Source: Bugula neritina (lineage: Eukaryota > Animalia > Bryozoa). Taken from it: a stretch of DNA of 64,000 nt. The stretch covers positions 2,852,001 through 2,916,000 of the forward strand of contig OZ037765.1 in assembly GCA_964035545.1 (NCBI GenBank), given 5' to 3'. Each line of letters opens with the position of its first letter. Positions within the stretch are counted from its first letter, which is position 1. Shown here piece by piece: positions 42,082 to 56,343 of this stretch. The notes beneath the pieces were generated by a model, which saw only the letters and a program-made list of their open reading frames with translations, ran no database searches and had not been told where the DNA came from. The translations under genes and the position numbers were made by a program.

Positions 42082-42425
42082 GCCTAGGGCCACACGGTGC
42101 GTATTTTCGCATGCGAAAATTGAAACCACGCGTAGCAAAGGCGTCCACTGTAGCGTCAGTGACGCGTGATAAATAAAGCTTTCATTTTTGAATCGCACTC
42201 GCTTTCAATAAAGCGCAATTTACTGGAATTTAGCACTAAAATAAAGAAATTGGGCTCGCTTAATAACTACCAGCCAATTAGGTGACGACGACAGAGACGA
42301 TTTGCACTTGCGTTGAAAATGCAGAGCGACAAGTGCGAATGTTTTCTCAACGCGCACAGTGGACACCTTTGCTACTTGTGATTTCAATTTTCGCATGCCA
42401 AAATACGCACAGTGTGGCCCTAGGC
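42082..42425. mobile_element. MITE, PIF/Harbinger (Tourist)-like
   Basis: ~70-bp imperfect TIRs (GCCTAGGGCCACAC.GTGCGTATTTT.GCATGCGAAAATTGAAA...) and 3-bp TAA TSD. Confidence 0.8.
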
Positions 42426-45400
42426 TAAGAGTCAAGGCCATCAAACACTTATACATATAAAGTGAATTACTAAAATCAGAAGTTGTCTCCCTGCATGTCA
42501 AGGGTCTAAAGTTGCGGTTGATGTATTTGCATTTCCAAACAATAACATTATTTGATCTTTACCCAAAACTGACAGCTAATTCATTTCTCTGCATATAATC
42601 TGTAGTATAATATTGCAAACTCAAAATAAAAGGCATGGTGGTGCATGTTTTTGTAGGTATAATATACATATAGCCTTTACAGTGTTATATAAATTTTACA
42701 CTTATAACTGGCAAAACATAATGACAACAGAAAAGACCTATAGTATATATTATATAACTTAACTCACACCCATATACATATATTATACATTTTTAATGTT
42801 TATAGCGGGAATATACTTCTAAAGCAGCTTGCTTTACCTAATACACTTATAATATATTTATAAACCAAATGAACTGTTATAGGAGACAAAAATCTGTAAG
42901 GAACCATTTGTTTTTCTAGGGCAGCTGTGCGTAGCTGACTTTATCCTAAGTTCATTTAAACCCACAATAGTAAAATGCTGTAAATAATTTTAAAGATATA
43001 GCAATTATTCAGGTGTATTATCATTAAAAAATTAATGAAAGTGTAAACACTGGGCAAAACTACAGTAAAATCTAAATAATTTTCACCTGGGGAAACTAAA
43101 CAATTAAGCTTGAATTAAAATATGTATATGAAAGCATGAATGGTCTTTAAAAACATTCAACTGCACTAACTTTGGCTGTATGTATATATACAATACATTG
43201 TATTTTTTAAACCTCTAACGCTGTTATTCAATTATAATAAAGTATATATCAATGAAACTGATTTCAAAGTCACTAGAACTCACTATCCGTCTAATATTGA
43301 TAGCTATAATGTAATAGTTAATGAAATACACATATATATGTACAAACATGCATGTTAGGTAAAACGCCATGCTATATACATAATATATATATTATAATAT
43401 AGCCATGGCTACAAGCAGCCTGTAGGCCTATTTATGTGTTACTCATACACTATTCATTATGTTAGAATACAATTTGGAGCTGAGAGTAAACCTCGTAGGA
43501 CTAAAGTTTTATCCTGATAACTATGAGCACAATGGAGTGTTTATCAAGTAGATTAGTTAGATTTTTAGAGCACCTTGAGAACAAGGAAATGAATTTTATC
43601 ATGTGAAAAACGGCTTTATATAAGCTATTGCCCAGCATGCAGTTAGTAGCTAAATCAATCAATTAAATGTAAATGTTTGGAACACAGTGCATTACTAGTT
43701 TGAACCTGCCAATAAATGAACAATGCTCATTAATTAATAGTATTATATAGCAGCCAATAATGCATTGCAAGCAAATAATTACAGAATTTCCTCTCTACAG
43801 CAGCAATGTTTACGGTGTTTCAGATTATGAGTAAGCTTGAAGCATTATTTATTGTTTTTCTGTACTTTAGAATAGTGTATAAAGTCACCAGCATAACGAT
43901 CATCAATAAAAAAGCGAATGTCTTTACCAATTAAGCATATTTAAATGTATGTAATTTCAAGCCATGGGTGAATTTAAGCAAATAACTTTAGAAACAACGC
44001 CTGAGTTTTGTGCTGTTGACTAAAGTCATAACTTATATATGGTGGACCTAAATTAAGAATTCAACGACTTTATATACAAATAGTAGCATTCTTTAGCAGC
44101 AATAAACATCTGAATAATCTTTACGAGCTCTGTTGAGTAAAACATGGTTGTATTTCTGCAAACATTGCTTGTGGAGCACACATGCGTTTTATTTGGATTT
44201 ACTTTCTCTTTTTAAAGCAAATAACCTTAATAGCCTTTGAAAAGTTAGGCTTGTGGAAGGATTCTATACGCAGCTCCAAGTTGGGGTGCAATGATTTGGG
44301 ATCTCCCCGAGTTTAGAGTTAGGGGACCCGAGTTCCAATTTAAACTACAAATTCGGGAATCTCAAACTACTGCACTAAGTCACCTCCAACTCGAAACAAT
44401 TCAAACGTGCGAGTCGCATTATTAGACGAATTTCCACAACGAGACTGAACACCGGTAAGGGGTAATCTTTGACTGTGTCTAAGACATGCATGTTGATCCT
44501 AGTCTTATTCTAATAATACTTATACTGAAATATTTCCTCATAAGTATTCGTATTTGATTGGCATGCCTTTTACTTCCTAGTAACAAAGCTGTTGGACCGC
44601 GACTGATGCCGCTGTAAACGCAGGAGCATGCGGTGTAGGCGAACGCGATTAATTTTAATGTAATTTAAATTGTCATTATCACTTTGTGAGGCAACCTGAT
44701 TTATCTATGATGACATAGTAAACTCTGTTATCATATAGAACAATACTGACTGCTATGATTTCATCTAACTATCGTGTAAACTTGAAGAAGTCATGACAGT
44801 GATTACAGCTACAGCATGACTCAATACAAATGTAACAGCTGAGCATTCGATTTAGTGATAGAATCGGTGAGGCTTATCACTAGTTTCAGGTTTGTTAGGC
44901 TAGCTAGTCGCTTGCCGAAATAGGAGAGATGAAACTGCTTGAATCAGCTGGTAACCAACCTGCCCAGATACACCGGAGATAAGTTTGAGTTTCACAAGTA
45001 AGTCACATGTCATTATGATTACCATATGTAACTAGTACTACATAAGCTTTATATTCTGCTATTTGTTCAAGTCATGTTTCAGGCAAATCAATTCTGATTC
45101 AATACCAAGTCAAGCTCTTGTTAAATGACTTGAGTTTGATCAAGTCCAACTGTTATTAAATGACTTGAGTTGGATCAAGTCAAACTGATTTATCTTGCTA
45201 ATAAACATCAACATGGTTAAGATGATAGTATGCACATTTTGGCTTTGCTTTTATAGTTCTAGTTCAGAGTTAAATAGAAATAGTGGGAAATTATATAGGC
45301 TGCATTATCACGTGCATTACATTCAATGCTTGAATATAAAAAATAAATTTATAATTGTTGATGTGGGCCTAGCCCTTTTTAGTAGTAATTACCTGAAGTT

Positions 45401-47836
45401 AATCACAAAGAATAAAATTACAGCTGAAAATAAGTTTCCAAGCAATGGCCGACTGTCTAGATTAGAATAGGCAGTATGCTTATATACTAATAATATAGAC
45501 CTGCAGTCATAATATAGGCCATTTATAATTCGAATTAGTTTATTGCTACATGGAACAAATTCAAGAATTTTTTTAAAACTCTTTGCAATAACTCATCATG
45601 GTCCAAGAAGTTCATTTTGAGCTTTAAATAAACAGGAAATAAATTCAAAATTTTAGAGGTTTAACCTAATACTAATTCTCAAACGTTTGTAGTAGGTAAG
45701 TAAAATATTATTAATTGTCTCCAAGTTGATTTTTGACTTGAGAAAGTATTCCAGTTAGTGTGGCTTGGACCCTGTTCAAACATTACTTCACTTAGCAACA
45801 CATACTCTGCTTAACTGCAAGTCACTTGCTAGCTCTCAACACATGATACTCAGCTGTAATTTGTTTGCACAAGTCTAGCTCTACAAGGGGTTCATACCAT
45901 TCAATGAGATAAGCATCGGTTGTATTGCCAAGTAATAGAGGAAAGGAGGTTTAAAAGGACAACTTTTCACTTTTTCACCCATTTGTTGTTATTGTATTAT
46001 TTGTGTTATTTGTTTTAAGTCCTAACTTCTAGATTCTGTTTTATTATCTACCATATTATACACTGTTTCAGTAGTGTTTTGTGTAATGCTATACTCCTAT
46101 TACACACTATCTTTCAAGATCAGCTAAAGTAGAGGCGGTTACTTGTCCAAGTAGGTGTAAAAGTCATGTAAAGTATATAATAGAGAACAATTTCCCTACA
46201 GATATATATTATACTTTGCTAAAAGTAATCTTGTGGTGAAGCAAATAGTATCATACACTATAAGGTAGATTTTATTACCTGAAAACTGGTGATGCTTCAG
46301 CTTTCATTGGTGAAATCTAATTTAGAAGGATTACAGGAGAAATAGTTTTATCTAATTATTAAATTAATTCCTTTTATACTTGCTGAAGATGCCGTCTGTG
46401 CCAAAATGAGTTAGATACATAGGTTCATTCATTACAGATTAGAATAAATATGAAACTGAAGTATAGATTTATTGCATATAAAAATGAGCATCCAGTTAGA
46501 TCTCTTCCAATCGGAGTTCGAATCGTAAAAAGAGTTGTTTCTTCCAGATAATAAATAATAACAATTTACCCTCAACCCACAACTGATGGTATGGTCAATT
46601 TGTCATATTTCAATGTTTTAACTAATTTGGCCGCATCCATGTTTTCCTCATATAATTTTTATGTTTACATGGCTGTGTATGTAGAGTCAAAACATGTAAT
46701 GAAGTGTTACTTCCAGGAAATAAGTGTTAAAGTACTAGTGCTCTTATTTACACTTCAATAGATTTTGTAAAAGAAAAATTTATAGTAAGTTTTAAAAACT
46801 ATGAAAAGCGTTTAGTGTTTTTTTATATTATAAAGCAATACTGCAGTGACAGCTATGATATATGTTTCACGATTTTCATGGTATGCAAACTGCTACCAAT
46901 GTACTCTTTTACACAGAATACACACAGGCATTGATAAGCATGTGTGTATGCAAGGTGTAATGTACCAGCTTCGTGTGACTGCTAAGTTTTATCTTCAGTG
47001 TTGCACGAATAGAAACTTGCATAACATAGTGGTAGTTGCGTAAGAACTAGATAAAGCGAGAGATGAAGTTTCAATCATTGTGTTTTAACTTCACCCATTT
47101 GCATGGAAATGTGCTCGTCTTTAATGAGCTGACAACTCCAGTTCGCGTTGAGAATTCTTGATTTAATCCCTTATTACCCGTTGAACTCCCTGAGTGCAAA
47201 TGTTGATTTTTGCTCACAGAAATGTAGCATGTCTACTTCAGTATAACTCTTTACAAAAAATTATTTGAGTTGTTGTTTATGTTGTTACAGGTAAAATAAT
47301 ATATTATCATGATAGAAATAATATATTCTGCATTTTATTTAAATGGATATTATCTATGTAACCTTTTGAACTATATTCCAATATTCAACTTCAACTATAA
47401 ACACCCTGTCTTTCACCCTCAAGTATGTTATTATCATATAACAATCAGTTAGTGGTCAGCTGTTTCCTTGATGTCATTAGATTTGGTTTTTTTTAAATTG
47501 AAAAAAAATCCTTGCTACTGATCAGAAAGTTCACAGCAAATGAGGGCAGTGCCCAAATATGCTTAGTTTTTGCTCAAAAGAAGAATAGTATTGCACCCTA
47601 AAAATGCTTTAAACTGGTTACCACTCACAATTAAAACTGATTGTTTTATTGTGTTGAAGTAAATGCCTCTTGGTTAACAAATGCTATTGAAAAGAAACTA
47701 GGAATTTGGGATATTGCCATGAAAGTATTTTATGGCTTTAGTGTGATAACGAAAACTATCAACTCTGCTTCAGGTAACTTTGAAACTATTTCAGATGTGG
47801 GTTAACCATCTGGTATAAACCTCTTTCCGACTCAAG

Positions 47837-50800
47837 ATGGCCGACAACGAGACCACGCCCCTGATGACACAGACTAGCAGCAGACATCCATATGTAGATG
47901 AAGATGAGCAAAGAGGTCCGAAACGAATAGCCGCTGCCTTTTTCGTCATAGCTGCCGAAACCTTTGAGAGAGTGGCGTGGTACAGCGTGTCGGGGACACT
48001 GTTTGCTTACCTCACTAAGCAGCCCCTTTGCCTATCCGTCAGTCAAGCCTCTGCAGTGCAATTCATGTTTAATGCTGTTACCTACATTTTTTGTTTGCTG
48101 GGGGGCGTGATATCTGATAGTTATATAAGTCGTCAGGTGACCATCATTATTGGGTACATTTTTTACTACTTGGGTTACATCTTGCTGTCCATGATGTCAA
48201 AGTATGATGATGTGAAAAATTCAAGAAATTCTTCATCTAATACTTACGAGGGAATTAAGTGTGATAGCAACTTTTCTGAGGGTGACTTGAGGCTTTCTGT
48301 ATCACTGATTGGCTTTGCCTTGTTCATTATTTCAATGGCAGCTGCAATTGTCAAGACTAACTTACCACCTTTTGGGGCTCAACAGGTAAGATTCAGCAGG
48401 TAAAACAATTAAATAATTTAGTTATTTTAGCAGATGTATTTTTTTTTATATTTTATTAAAATAGACTATGGTCTATATAGTCTGAGCTGGTTTTGGCTGA
48501 TTGCTAGTTAGAGAAGTCTTTGAAATACAGTTATAAGTGCATATGCTCCATTTTATTTTATGCATATGCTCCATTGTATATAATATATACATACGTGTAC
48601 ACACACACACGCACACACAAATATATAATTATATATATATTTATGGTACTTCACAGGTTCGAATGTACGGAGTTACTCACTCTCGAAGGTTTATGACTTG
48701 GTACTTCTGGGGAATCAATCTCGGAGCTCTTATTGCAAATTCCGGCTTTTCTATGTTGGAGGAGAAAGAAAGTTTTGCTTTTGGATATCTCATAGCATTC
48801 TCAGTCTCTCTCTCGCTCAGCTTTCTGCTTTTCTTGTCGGGTATACCTTTTTGCAGAAACAAAATATATTTTCTAAATTAGATTGAAATGATTGAAACAC
48901 CGTTATAACTCAACAGTCTAATTTACTTAATGATGTCTTCAATGTTTTCATTTTATTATCAAGATGGTAAATATTCTGAGTAAATTATTAAAGCAAAGTT
49001 TCAAGGGAAAGAAATCAAAAAGCTATTCATTGCACGCTACTATTACCAAAAATTGATTTAAACTTATTCTTGCCATGTTAAAGCAATAATATAATTTGTC
49101 ATTCAAATTAACAAAACTATTAACTTCATCACAACAGTTTTTGGCCAATACAATTTTTCTTACATTATGTTTTAGGTATGAAGTTATATATCAAAAGATT
49201 GCCCGAGTCAAGATTTGTAGTGAAGGATATATTTAAGGTTATTTGTAATGCCCGGAAAGTGAAGAGAGACAATCCCGAGTAAGTGGCATTGTTCTACATG
49301 TATTTATATTGAATTACTTGCATTTAATAACTATTTCTAGTAAGTAAAAACTATTGATGGATGATTAAAATCATGTTGTGTGATATTTTTATTACGTAAT
49401 AGACCCTTTTTAGATACATCCTAGTTTTCTAATTAGGAGTTGTGTCCTCCTAAAGTGAATCGGTTAAACTTTTGTATTTAAAAAACAAACTTGTTAAATA
49501 TTTAATGTTTGGCTGCTGCTTAAGGTTCTAATTATGCTATAAAATTGTTCTTTTAGCAGATACAGTAAATATTTTGGTATAAGCGAACATATAAGCAGTT
49601 CAAAATGTTTTTTTAAACATAAACATGTGAGAATTTTTGTGGTTTTCGTTACTGAGCAATGCTGAAGTGGCACTTGAGACATTGGGGACTTTTAAAAAGG
49701 GAAAAGGGGTCTATTGGTTAATGCCAAAACAAAGTACACAAAGTAACACAAAACCTTACATATAATCTGTATAGAAAAGTGAAAGGCATAATTAGGCCAT
49801 CATATAATACTTTAAAAATGGCCTACATATACATGAAAATGCATGCAAAAAATGTCTATTCATATATAATGGCTTCAAATTCTATATTCATTAAAATAAC
49901 AGCTATTACATCTGATAAATGAACATTATAATTGGCCAGGAATGGTAACTACAAGAAGAATATATATTGTTGTTGAAATTGTGGTGCATCAAAAACAATT
50001 TCTGCTAAAAAAAACCTTCAAGATTAATTGTATTAGATGATAAAGATTCATGTCTCAAGTTACGGGCACGTCTTATGGAAGCTAAGCAGCTAGCTATTAT
50101 TATTTATTAAATACAAGATAATTTACCACAGGTCGATTATTGAAATTCTAGCATAAAAGAAGAATGGCTTCTAGAATATTCCAATAAGGCTAAAGGTTAC
50201 CCTGGAGCTGAGTGTACATTTCAAGAGATAAGAGATACAAAGAACATCTGTCAGATATTCAAAGTGGTTCTGTTGATGATTCCCTACTGGATATGCTACA
50301 GTCATGTAAGTTTTTGTATTCATTATTGATAAAACTGCTATTTATCAGAGTTTTTACACATAATCATGATCATATACCATCTTCTCTGCCACCTGGCCAG
50401 GGTATGGCATTGAAAGGTAAACATTATTTTTAAGATATATAGTTTTACAAACTTACATTTGATAAAATAATATTACTAAAAATGTAGTTTCACAATTCTG
50501 TGACCAAAAGTTGCAGTACAAGGAAAAACCTGCATGACACAAAACACAAGCTATTTGACAACTGTGAAACTTAGTTGCGTATATGAATGACAGCACCTTG
50601 TCTAATTGATTGTCGGCAGCATTAAAAACACCATGATGATGTATTAGTAAATTACGAACTTTACAGGGATTCACAAAAAATTGCGATCAAAGTCGAAGAA
50701 TTATTTTCTAGTAGCTGTTTGTAGATTATTGGAAACATTTACCAACTGCAAGGACTTCATATGTCACTCGGCTTCCCTCTTCGTAACCTTACCATCTTTC

Positions 50801-53480
50801 CGATAACATCTTGCACCTCTAGGTGGCAGCTGCTCAACTCAGCTCTCTGTGACAGCGTGACTAATACAACATATTTAGATGGAGACACTCGCTCAAAAAA
50901 CAGTCCAGTATGTGTTGATGATCAATATTCTAAAATGTTTTTTTATTTTTTTCAGCTGATTTTGAATATAATGTTTATTGATGTGGCGGTAGCAAAGTTG
51001 CATCAAGATCATATAACCTAATGACAGAGAAATCAACAGATCAGTTCATTTATTCAGTACATTCTGACAAATCTTGGCTTCTTATTCAACTGATTCTAGA
51101 TAATTTAATGATTATTTTTGCTTAGAAGTAGGTTCGATATTTGCTTATTATAATTGATTTATAACTTGTGTATAGCAATTATAGTACTTTCAGGTGAATA
51201 ACATTGCGTATGCTTTCAGATTACCACTTAGATTTATTATGATGTAGATCCACAAAATTTAGAATAGATACATGCATGGCCAAATTTTTAAACTTCTGAG
51301 TGACTTTTGAATTTTGTGATTTCAAACTGAACTACTTAAAATTTAGTTTATACATACATTTGAGAGGTTTAGCTCAAAACTCAAGATTTTCACTTCATGT
51401 TATGGCGCTGTGGTAGAAATGTTGCATTAGGCCAACAACGTAATGATACTTGATACAAATTATAAATATTTAAAAATAACATTGTAGCGTCAGGTTTACG
51501 CAGTATAGTCCCGTGGTGTAATGGTTAGCACACTTGCTTGCAAGCCGGAGTTCTCGGGTTCGATTCCCAGTGGGGCAAAATTATTTTACAAACATGAATA
51601 GGCATTTTATTCTGGGAAATATAATATATAAGCACAGTTTAATACTAATCAATGTGTTATTAATAGTATACTGCATTATTAAAACACTGCGTTACACTTT
51701 TTGTGCTATTTCATTTTAGATCACAGCTGCAGTTTTGGCTATTTTTGACAATATATTTATTTTGGTATTCCTGCCGTTTGCTCATACCTTCTACAAATGC
51801 CTCACTGCACGTAACGTTGTAATCTATACATATCGCCGTCTTGTCATGGGTATGATTGTCGCTTCATTGTCGATGCTTGCTGCCGGAGCTATTGAAACAA
51901 CACGGCTACAGAATATTTGTGAACTTGGGGTTCAGATTCAATTTATAGGTTAGTAAAAGACTGATACTTGCTATTCAAATGTTTAAAGCTTAAAGTTTTT
52001 ATAATTCAATGATTTAAAAATAGTATAAATTCCCGGTTTTACACATATAAATTTTTAGTTATCTAAAGCAAATATAACCTTTTTATTTTTGCCCTAAGAT
52101 AGTATTAAATAGTATTGTGTTTATTGTAATCTGCAGGGTTGATAGAATGAGGTAATTTGTGTCAGCGCTAAATATAATATGCTTCAAATAACTGTGTGTT
52201 GTAACTACAACGTGGTTATCAGATTCAGTAATATATAACACTGTTTGATCAGATATACCGTCTTTGCTTATATACATATCACAGCGATAGGTAGCTTGTC
52301 AGTTGTAGAATCGTCATTAGAATTAAAACCTCTAATGATACGATATTGATCTTGATATTTGATCTTCTTTTTGTCATTAAAACATATAGTTGCCCAGCAG
52401 CTAAATTTACTTTTTTTGCAAAAGCAAAATTTTAAGCAAACTGCTATTGATGTATACACCCTAATCTATTTTTTGTCATGCTAAAGGGTTGTGGTAAAAT
52501 TATTGAAGTTGTAAACGACTTTATTGGCTATGGAAATTTCTAAATTCATTGCAATTTATTTTTACTTTCAGATGATACTTTAAATAGAAAGTTTATTTAA
52601 TTATAAATACATTTTTTATATCTGTTTTAGATTTTACTTATTATCTAGCTGCACCATCATTAAATATTTTGTGGCAAACTATCCAGTATTGCTTAGCAGG
52701 AGCGAGTGAAATATTATTTACAGCCACAGGTCAGTTTCATTCTTCTACAACTATCGCAGTTGGACAACAGGCTTTTTTATTGTAGTCTAAATCTATTGAT
52801 ACGTGAGAAAAAACGAAATCAATGATATTACAATTTGCCACAAAAAAAATAACAAAAAATGAACAATTACTATATTTGAGCTGCTACAAGACATGAAACT
52901 CATGTATCTTCTAAGCTGAAAAATAGACAACGAAAAATTTTACTAATATTTTTCTGTAAAATAGAAAACTTTAGCCATTTTAGCTTTCAAATATTTTGTA
53001 AAACTCTTATAATATTATTAAAATAGTTTAACTAATAATTTTACATTTTCAATATTTTTGGAATGTGATAATATTTTCTTATAAATAAGTTGTAGTTTTT
53101 GCGGTAATGTGATACTACAATATAAGCTACATGTAAAACCATGCTATTGCTATAAAACCAAACTAATGATTCTTTTTCCAGGTTTAGAGTATACATACAT
53201 CAAGTCTCCTGTCCACATGCAAGGATTATCCATGGGGCTATTTTGGTTTTCCATCGGCATCGGGAATTTTATTGGATTAGCACTGACATCAATATTTCAA
53301 GTGACAAATAAAATAAACTGCGGATTTTTAGATGTTTATTTTTATGCCTTGGCCCTTTTTCTTGGTATTTGCACCTTCATATTTTATAAATGTTCGACAT
53401 ATTTCCATCTTGGACTCCATAGAATGATCATACTTCCACTACCACCAGAGGAAAGACAAGTGTTTAGCACCAATAGCTAA
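47837..53480 (+). CDS. SLC15A4: SLC15A4-like proton-dependent oligopeptide/histidine transporter (POT/PTR2 family), ~599 aa
   Basis: Exons 47837-48385, 48657-48840, 49176-49278, 50152-50305, 50725-50907, 51720-51948, 52631-52729, 53182-53480 (1800 nt, in frame). Motifs ETFERVAWY (ExxER), FGAQQ, WYFWGINLG, IPYW, LQGLHM, WQ..QY...G.SEI, SP.HMQGL.MGLF. The exon-4 acceptor is the least certain; the symbol denotes similarity, not proven orthology. Confidence 0.88.
49398..49715. mobile_element. Possible short-TIR MITE in an SLC15 intron
   Basis: 14-bp near-perfect inverted termini AATAGACCCTTTTT / AAAAGGGGTCTATT; no convincing TSD. Confidence 0.35.
51507..51577 (+). pseudogene. tRNA-like sequence (pseudo-tRNA or SINE head) in an intron
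   Basis: A-box TGGTGTAATGG, B-box GGTTCGATTCC and tRNA-Gln-like D arm, but a mismatched anticodon stem with a 6-nt loop. Confidence 0.6.
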
Positions 53481-53679
53481 TCACTAGGGTCAACATGACT
53501 CTGTTAGTTAGAGCAGTTTTGTTTTGTTTTATTCATAAGACGTATATTCTATACACCTCAATATTATAATATAGTTGCTATAACTTAAGTTCATGATGTC
53601 CAATTCGTTTACGTTTTGTTATGAGTTGTATTTATCAGTGAAATGACTGAAATATTCCTTTTATAAAAAATATATAATT

Positions 53680-53680
<1 letters not shown>

Positions 53681-53753
<73 letters not shown>
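53681..53753. repeat. (TA)n microsatellite
   Basis: Directly visible. Confidence 0.95.
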
Positions 53754-53756
<3 letters not shown>

Positions 53757-54476
53757 TCAAGTATCCTCTCTTTCTTACAATGCCATCGTTTTAAATTTAT
53801 CTGCACTTTACAAGTATATAAAATTAAATATAACAATAAATAATAAGATTTTTGTGTTTGTATAATAATATTATGTAATAGATGATCTTATTATTTATGC
53901 CAAATGTAAGCAGCATTTCTCAAAATAGTCGGCTTTGGAGTTGTCCGCTTACTTGCTTAAATCACATGACCTTCACGTGAGTGAAATCGAAGTTTGAAAA
54001 CAACCTTCGGCTGTGGCTCATTGTGATTGTTCATATCAGTTAACTAAAAGAAAACATCCTTCATAGGTTCATATTCATAAATCAATACCTAAGGCTAATG
54101 CCACTTCACTGAACGTTTATGGACAGCGTTTGATTAAATAGAAATTAACTAAAAAATTATATGTCTCGGTTCAATCTAGGTGTACATACAAAATCAAAAT
54201 TAAAATTTAAGACATTGTCATTGAATGATTGATAATGATTGTGATACTGATTCAGTTATTGTCATTGTAATGGACTCTGGTGTTTGAGTCTAACAATATC
54301 AATATGAATATGAATATTAAATTTGTTTTTAATATAAATATCAAGTATGGATTACGAATATCAATATGAATATGAATATAAATACGAATAATTATTATAA
54401 TTTGAATTATAAGTTATTATAATTATGATTATCAATATCATAAATGTTTAATAATAATAATATTATAATACAATAA

Positions 54477-54664
54477 GCAGCCGTGGTCTAGGGGTTAGGG
54501 TGTTTGCCTAGTAAGCACGAAGGTCATGGGTTCGATTCCAGACAAAGGCCTTCGCGATTGGTGATGTTAGGAAAAGCATCCAGTCATAATTTCTCATGTG
54601 CCCCATTTTAATAAGTCCTTAGCCCGATTTAACAAAAACCCTTTCCATCAGGGGTTTTCCCACA
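54477..54664 (+). mobile_element. tRNA-derived SINE
   Basis: A-box TGGTCTAGGGG, B-box GGTTCGATTCC; second copy at 11456. Confidence 0.75.
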
Positions 54665-54979
54665 GTTTTTTATAATGCAATAAATATAATCATGATGAAT
54701 AATATTTATTAATAATAAATTAATATTAATGATAATATTTAATTTTATAGTACAATAACAAATAAAATGAAACTTAATAATAACTCATGTAATGTTGTTA
54801 TCTCAGTTGAAGTAAGATTCCGCAGCAACTTTCCTATAGCCATAGAAAAGTCTCTGGCAACAAACATTACTATTGGATCAGGGTTAGCATTTGGTACAGT
54901 ATTTGCTACCCTGTAGTTATTTACTATATTATTCTTGCACATCTTACAAATTCAAATTGTTCATGACAGAGCACTAGTG

Positions 54980-55400
54980 TGGAACATGCTTTTCCTAGCT
55001 GATGTCGAGAAATGCTTTCCACCGGCAGACGCCCAGGTGGTTACATTTACAACTTAGAATCTCTCTGCATTCAATAATCTCGTCATAAGGTCTGAATAAA
55101 GTTTGGTGTTGATCCTCATTCTGAAAAATTCAGGTCAGTAAACGCAGCCGATCTTTTTCTGGTCTTTCAGCATACGAAGACTTAGCTCTTTCCTGGCCTC
55201 AAATACACTGTCAGTGCATTCCTTCAGGTTGCTTATGAACCATATGGTACAGTTCTAAACAAGCTCTATATCATGCACCTTGCTTCTAATTGCATGATTC
55301 CACACTATATCTGCCAAATCAAGTATAGGTCCACATAGACTTGTATAAGTCACTAGCTTAGTTTCCTATGGTGGCAAGGCAATTGGCAGTATAGTTATCA
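54980..55400 (-). mobile_element. Degenerate CR1/Jockey-group LINE ORF2 C-terminal fragment
   Basis: Minus strand reads ETKLVTYTSLCGPILDLADIVWNH...IELV*N..WFISNLK, resembling the post-RT motif of these LINEs; boundaries approximate. Confidence 0.55.
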
Positions 55401-55649
55401 GACTTAATAAATGATTCGTAATGCTAATAGTACTATGTGAATTATATTTGATTAATCTTACCAACAAATAGTAATTATTATAACCATAATGATAAGAAAT
55501 TAGAACTATTAAAAGTTATTATCATTTATTGATTTAAAATTATTAGTATTATTATATTTTAGTTAATGTTTATAGCATGATTATTTTGACAATTTAATAT
55601 TAAATATATTATGAGTTATATTGATATTATTACCATTAGTATTATTACT

Positions 55650-55970
55650 GGTTGTATCACAGCTTTTCAGCTGGTGTAACCTTCTACCATCCGCCTAGTT
55701 CCACTAGGCTGGGATGGATAGAACTTTCCTCAAGATGTGAGCTGATTCTAATAAGGCTGTCTGCTGAATCAGTGAGTGTTTGTTTTCAGCTACTCCAAGC
55801 AATACCATCTAGTCTACAGTCTTGTATGAAGCTCCAAAGGCTACAATGATATAACTTTTGTTGATGTTTTACAAAGGAGAGTTAACTCTAGTGCTAAATC
55901 TTGATATTTTCCTATCTTCTCCGATTCTTTTTCTTTTACTCTGTAGTCACCAGGGACTGCGATATCAATG
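55650..55970 (-). mobile_element. 3' fragment of an RLE-type (R4/Dong-like) non-LTR retrotransposon
   Basis: Minus strand IIDIAVPGDYRVKEKESEKIGKYQDLALEL...KVI is a restriction-like endonuclease motif; flanked by TAA/TGA-type repeats. Confidence 0.65.
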
Positions 55971-56004
55971 ATGATGATTATGATGATGATTATTATTATT
56001 ATAG

Positions 56005-56312
56005 TGTGGTGGTTCGTGGAACTACCAGCAGCACAACGTGTAGGGTCGCGTAATTGACCCGGAACAATGGATAGCCAATTAGCGTAGTTGATAGTTAGCA
56101 GCAATTGTAGCTTCCCGCTGCTAACGCAGTCGAAGCTAGAGTGTGAAATAGATTAGATGTGTAACTTGTTGGAAATAATGTATCGTGTTTTTATAATGTA
56201 TAGTTGTGTATAAAATATACTCGTTCACTCGACTTAGCCTGGTGCAGTTCTATATACTAGATAAATAGACTCTCTGGATAGCATATCAACCCTAAATCTG
56301 AAAAATATAACA
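56005..56312 (+). repeat. 5' LTR
   Basis: Direct repeat of 63201-63508. Confidence 0.97.
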
Positions 56313-56313
56313 G

Positions 56314-56331
56314 TGGTGGCAGCGGTGGGAT
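56314..56331 (+). other. Primer-binding site, tRNA-Leu
   Basis: TGGTGGCAGCGGTGGGAT is complementary to the 3' end of animal tRNA-Leu(AAG/TAG) (...ATCCCACCGCTGCCACCA). Confidence 0.85.
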
Positions 56332-56343
56332 AGTGCATCCAAG

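Noticed and set aside
45110-45190. Short ~35-bp tandem duplication (AAATGACTTGAGTT.GATCAAGTC.AACTG)
   Set aside because: Only two units and no associated structure; insufficient to assign function.
50212-50433. ORF-track peptide as an SLC15 exon
   Set aside because: Wrong frame; the conserved frame reads DTKNICQIFKVVLLMIPYWICYSH (exon 50152-50305).
51507-51577. Functional tRNA gene
   Set aside because: Anticodon arm is malformed and no oligo-T terminator follows immediately; treated as pseudo-tRNA or SINE head.
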